Below the pieces are notes generated by a model. It was not told the DNA's origin, made no database searches, and saw only the letters and a list, made by a program, of their open reading frames with translations. This document shows positions 63,926-64,000 of a stretch of 64,000 nucleotides of DNA, in pieces. The stretch comes from Hypanus sabinus. Lineage: Eukaryota. The stretch's first letter is position 1, and each line of letters opens with the position of its first letter. The stretch is taken from the NCBI RefSeq assembly GCF_030144855.1, contig NC_082709.1, positions 38,130,001-38,194,000 on the forward strand, read 5' to 3'. The position numbers and the translations under genes were made by a program.

Positions 63926-64000
63926 TAAACAGCTGGGAAGTAAATTGGCAAAAGATACCAAAGGCCATGGAAGAAAGAAAAGGGGTGGAGGAGCTCCAGA

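Overview
AT-rich, CpG-poor, repeat-dense eukaryotic DNA. The repeat set (CR1 LINEs, V-domain SINEs, a Deu-domain SINE, Rex1/Babar LINEs, very abundant Penelope-like terminal repeats) points by inference to a cartilaginous fish, probably a ray. I cannot identify any host protein-coding gene, so the window looks intronic or intergenic. Every ORF in the track that I can recognise is a decayed transposon fragment. Highlights: (1) a Penelope-like element (PLE) family whose terminal repeat encodes a minimal hammerhead ribozyme; one copy has an intact core (55653-55686, minus), and the repeats recur as inverted pairs flanked by 9-14 bp target-site duplications (TSDs); (2) a Chapaev3-type DNA transposon with both TIRs and a TTA TSD (61195-63517), internally deleted and split by a Rex1 LINE; (3) an old ~140 bp inverted repeat (1772-2461) that matches no other repeat here; (4) an 80 bp hAT MITE family; (5) an RTE-tailed short element with a structured 5' end; (6) a TE-free block containing a candidate signal-peptide exon. 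Family names come from motif recognition by eye, not database searches. Boundaries without a stated TSD or TIR are approximate (tens of bp).
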